From a virus (Duplodnaviria; Heunggongvirae; Uroviricota; Caudoviricetes): a DNA stretch of 6,553 nt. The stretch is taken from IMG/VR virus record IMGVR_UViG_2654587568_000008, positions 1 through 6,553 of that record, one strand, 5' to 3'. The notes under the pieces are model-generated. The model was not told where the DNA came from and did not search any database. It worked only from the letters and a program-made list of their open reading frames with translations. This document shows, one piece after another, positions 5,517-6,553 of this stretch (position 1 is its first letter; every line of letters begins with the position of its first letter). The translations under genes and the position numbers were made by a program.

Positions 5517-5613
5517 GCGTTTATTACATTTCTTTATTGCGCGTTAAGCAAATCAACTTGCGCAAAATATTTGCGTGAAATAATATGCTCATCACGCAAT
5601 ATGTGGAGGTTAT
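5517..5613. promoter_or_regulatory. OR/PR/PRM divergent control region with repeated TTGCG half-sites
   Basis: TTGCG occurs at 5537, 5558 and 5571, CGCAA at 5561 and 5595. 15-bp site TTGCGCGTTAAGCAA (5537-5551). Palindromes TTGCGCAA (5558-5565), CGCAAA-ATA-TTTGCG (5561-5575) and TTGCGTGA...TCACGCAA (5571-5578 / 5592-5599). Candidate PR: -35 TTGCGC (5558-5563), 17-bp spacer, -10 TAATAT (5581-5586). Candidate PRM (minus strand): -35 TTGCTT (5546-5551), 17-bp spacer, -10 TGTAAT (5523-5528). GGAGG at 5605-5609 precedes the cro ATG. Confidence 0.6.
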
Positions 5614-5874
5614 ATGCAATCACCATTACGGAATGTGCGTAAGGCGCACGGATTTACTTTGCAGCATGTTGCTGCGGGCGTTCAGGTCAATCCAGCGACG
5701 CTGAGTCGTATTGAAAGACTGGAACAAATTCCATCTATCGATCTTGCAGAACGTCTGGCCAATTTTTTTAAGGGTGAAATCAGCGAAATGCAGATTCTTT
5801 ATCCGGCACGTTTTCAATCTAGCCAAAACCAGAATGGGTTTAAACCACAGGAACAGGAGGTAAGCCGTGGGTAA
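5614..5874 (+). CDS. cro: Cro-like helix-turn-helix regulator (XRE family), 86 aa
   Basis: ATG at 5614 with GGAGG 4 nt upstream. Helix-turn-helix ...FTLQHVAAGVQVNPATLSRIERLEQIPS. Divergent from cI across the operator region. Stop TAA at 5872-5874. Confidence 0.85.
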   Translation: MQSPLRNVRKAHGFTLQHVAAGVQVNPATLSRIERLEQIPSIDLAERLANFFKGEISEMQILYPARFQSSQNQNGFKPQEQEVSRG

Positions 5875-6418
5875 GCATCACTGGAAAGTGGAAAAACAAC
5901 CTGAGTGGCACGTGAAAGCTGTCAGAAAAACTATCGCGGCATTGCCTGGGGGTTACGCTGAAGCTGCTGACTGGCTGGATGTAACAGAGAACGCTTTATT
6001 CAACCGCCTTCGTGCAGATGGCGATCAGATTTTCCCGCTGGGATGGGCAATGGTTTTACAGCGCGCGGCTGGCACTCACTACATTGCGGATGCTGTCGCA
6101 CAGTCTGCTGGTGGGGTGTTCGTATCGCTTCCTGAAATTGAGGAAGTAGAGAACGCCGATATAAACCAGCGCCTGCTGGAAGTCATCGAACAGATCGGGA
6201 ATTACTCAAAGCAGATTCGTTCGGCAATCGAAGATGGGGTCGTGGAGCCACACGAGCAGACAGCAATTAATGATGAGTTGTATCTGTCAATTTCGAAGCT
6301 CCAGGAACATGCAGCACTGGTCTACAAAATCTTCTGCGCTCCAGAAAAGAGTGACGCCCGCGAGTGTGCAGCTCCGGGCGTCGTGGCGTTTTGTGTCTGT
6401 GGAGAAACTAACGCATGA
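5867..6418 (+). CDS. CII-like / YdaT-type prophage regulatory protein (putative), 183 aa, GTG start, translationally coupled to cro
   Basis: GTG at 5867-5869 is preceded by AGGAGG (5855-5860) and overlaps the cro stop (GTGGGTAA). Possible helix-turn-helix ...GYAEAADWLDVTENALFNRL. Position immediately after cro is typical of CII/YdaT-like regulators. Family assignment is by position and memory only. Confidence 0.7.
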   Translation: MGKHHWKVEKQPEWHVKAVRKTIAALPGGYAEAADWLDVTENALFNRLRADGDQIFPLGWAMVLQRAAGTHYIADAVAQSAGGVFVSLPEIEEVENADINQRLLEVIEQIGNYSKQIRSAIEDGVVEPHEQTAINDELYLSISKLQEHAALVYKIFCAPEKSDARECAAPGVVAFCVCGETNA

Positions 6419-6553
6419 ACAGTTTAACGGCAAATAACCGTTTGTCGCAACAGCTTGTATGGGTCCACCACATATTGCAATTTTTATTCTCTTTTAAAAT
6501 ATATTCCACGGGCGTCATTAGTGCGAGCGCCTTGTGGGGTCTTTTGCTGTTAT
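6415..6553 (+). CDS. Start of a further ORF, 3'-truncated by the window end, coupled to the upstream gene by an ATGA overlap; function unknown
   Basis: ATG at 6415-6417 overlaps the TGA stop at 6416-6418. GGAGAAA lies 7 nt upstream. Frame is open for 46 codons to the window end (MNSLTANNRLSQQLVWVHHILQF...). The AT-rich stretch 6470-6510 could instead be non-coding. Confidence 0.3.
   Translation, partial: MNSLTANNRLSQQLVWVHHILQFLFSFKIYSTGVISASALWGLLLL

Noticed and set aside
4887-5547. ORFs of 145, 71 and 119 aa overlapping cI on the other strand or frame
   Set aside because: They lie entirely within or antisense to the strongly supported repressor gene; typical shadow ORFs.
1-6553. CRISPR arrays, insertion sequences or transposases, rRNA or tRNA genes
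   Set aside because: No direct-repeat/spacer periodicity, no terminal inverted repeats flanking a transposase-like ORF, and no tRNA- or rRNA-like sequence seen.

Overview
This window reads as the immunity and early-left region of a lambdoid prophage from an enterobacterium. It resembles the E. coli K-12 KpLE1 (CPS-53) yfdP-yfdQ-yfdR-yfdS-yfdT block, recognised from recalled gene order and protein lengths rather than any search, but here it sits next to an intact-looking cI/cro/CII-like switch. From low to high coordinates: (1) a markedly AT-rich + strand gene, open to the window's 5' edge, whose product has a CHAT/caspase-like His...Cys protease core (1-928); (2) a perfect 10-bp inverted repeat at the composition boundary (960-1000); (3) a minus-strand operon of Xis/AlpA-like (1036-1230), two DUF551 proteins (1230-1850 and 1850-2212), HD-domain YfdR (2203-2739), YfdQ (2868-3692) and YfdP (3758-4120, start re-assigned); (4) a roughly 700-bp ORF-poor, highly structured leader (4121-4823) with a 15-bp perfect inverted repeat, a DicF-like sRNA candidate with intrinsic terminator, candidate OL/PL operators and the cI terminator; (5) an S24-peptidase cI-type repressor (4824-5516); (6) a divergent OR/PR/PRM region with repeated TTGCG half-sites and an apparently leaderless cI; (7) a Cro-like gene (5614-5874), a translationally coupled CII/YdaT-like regulator (5867-6418) and the start of a further coupled ORF. 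No rRNA, tRNA, CRISPR array or transposase was recognised. The best candidate for something new is the truncated CHAT-like gene at the left edge, whose partners would lie upstream of the window. All family assignments are from reading motifs by eye and need HMM or BLAST confirmation.
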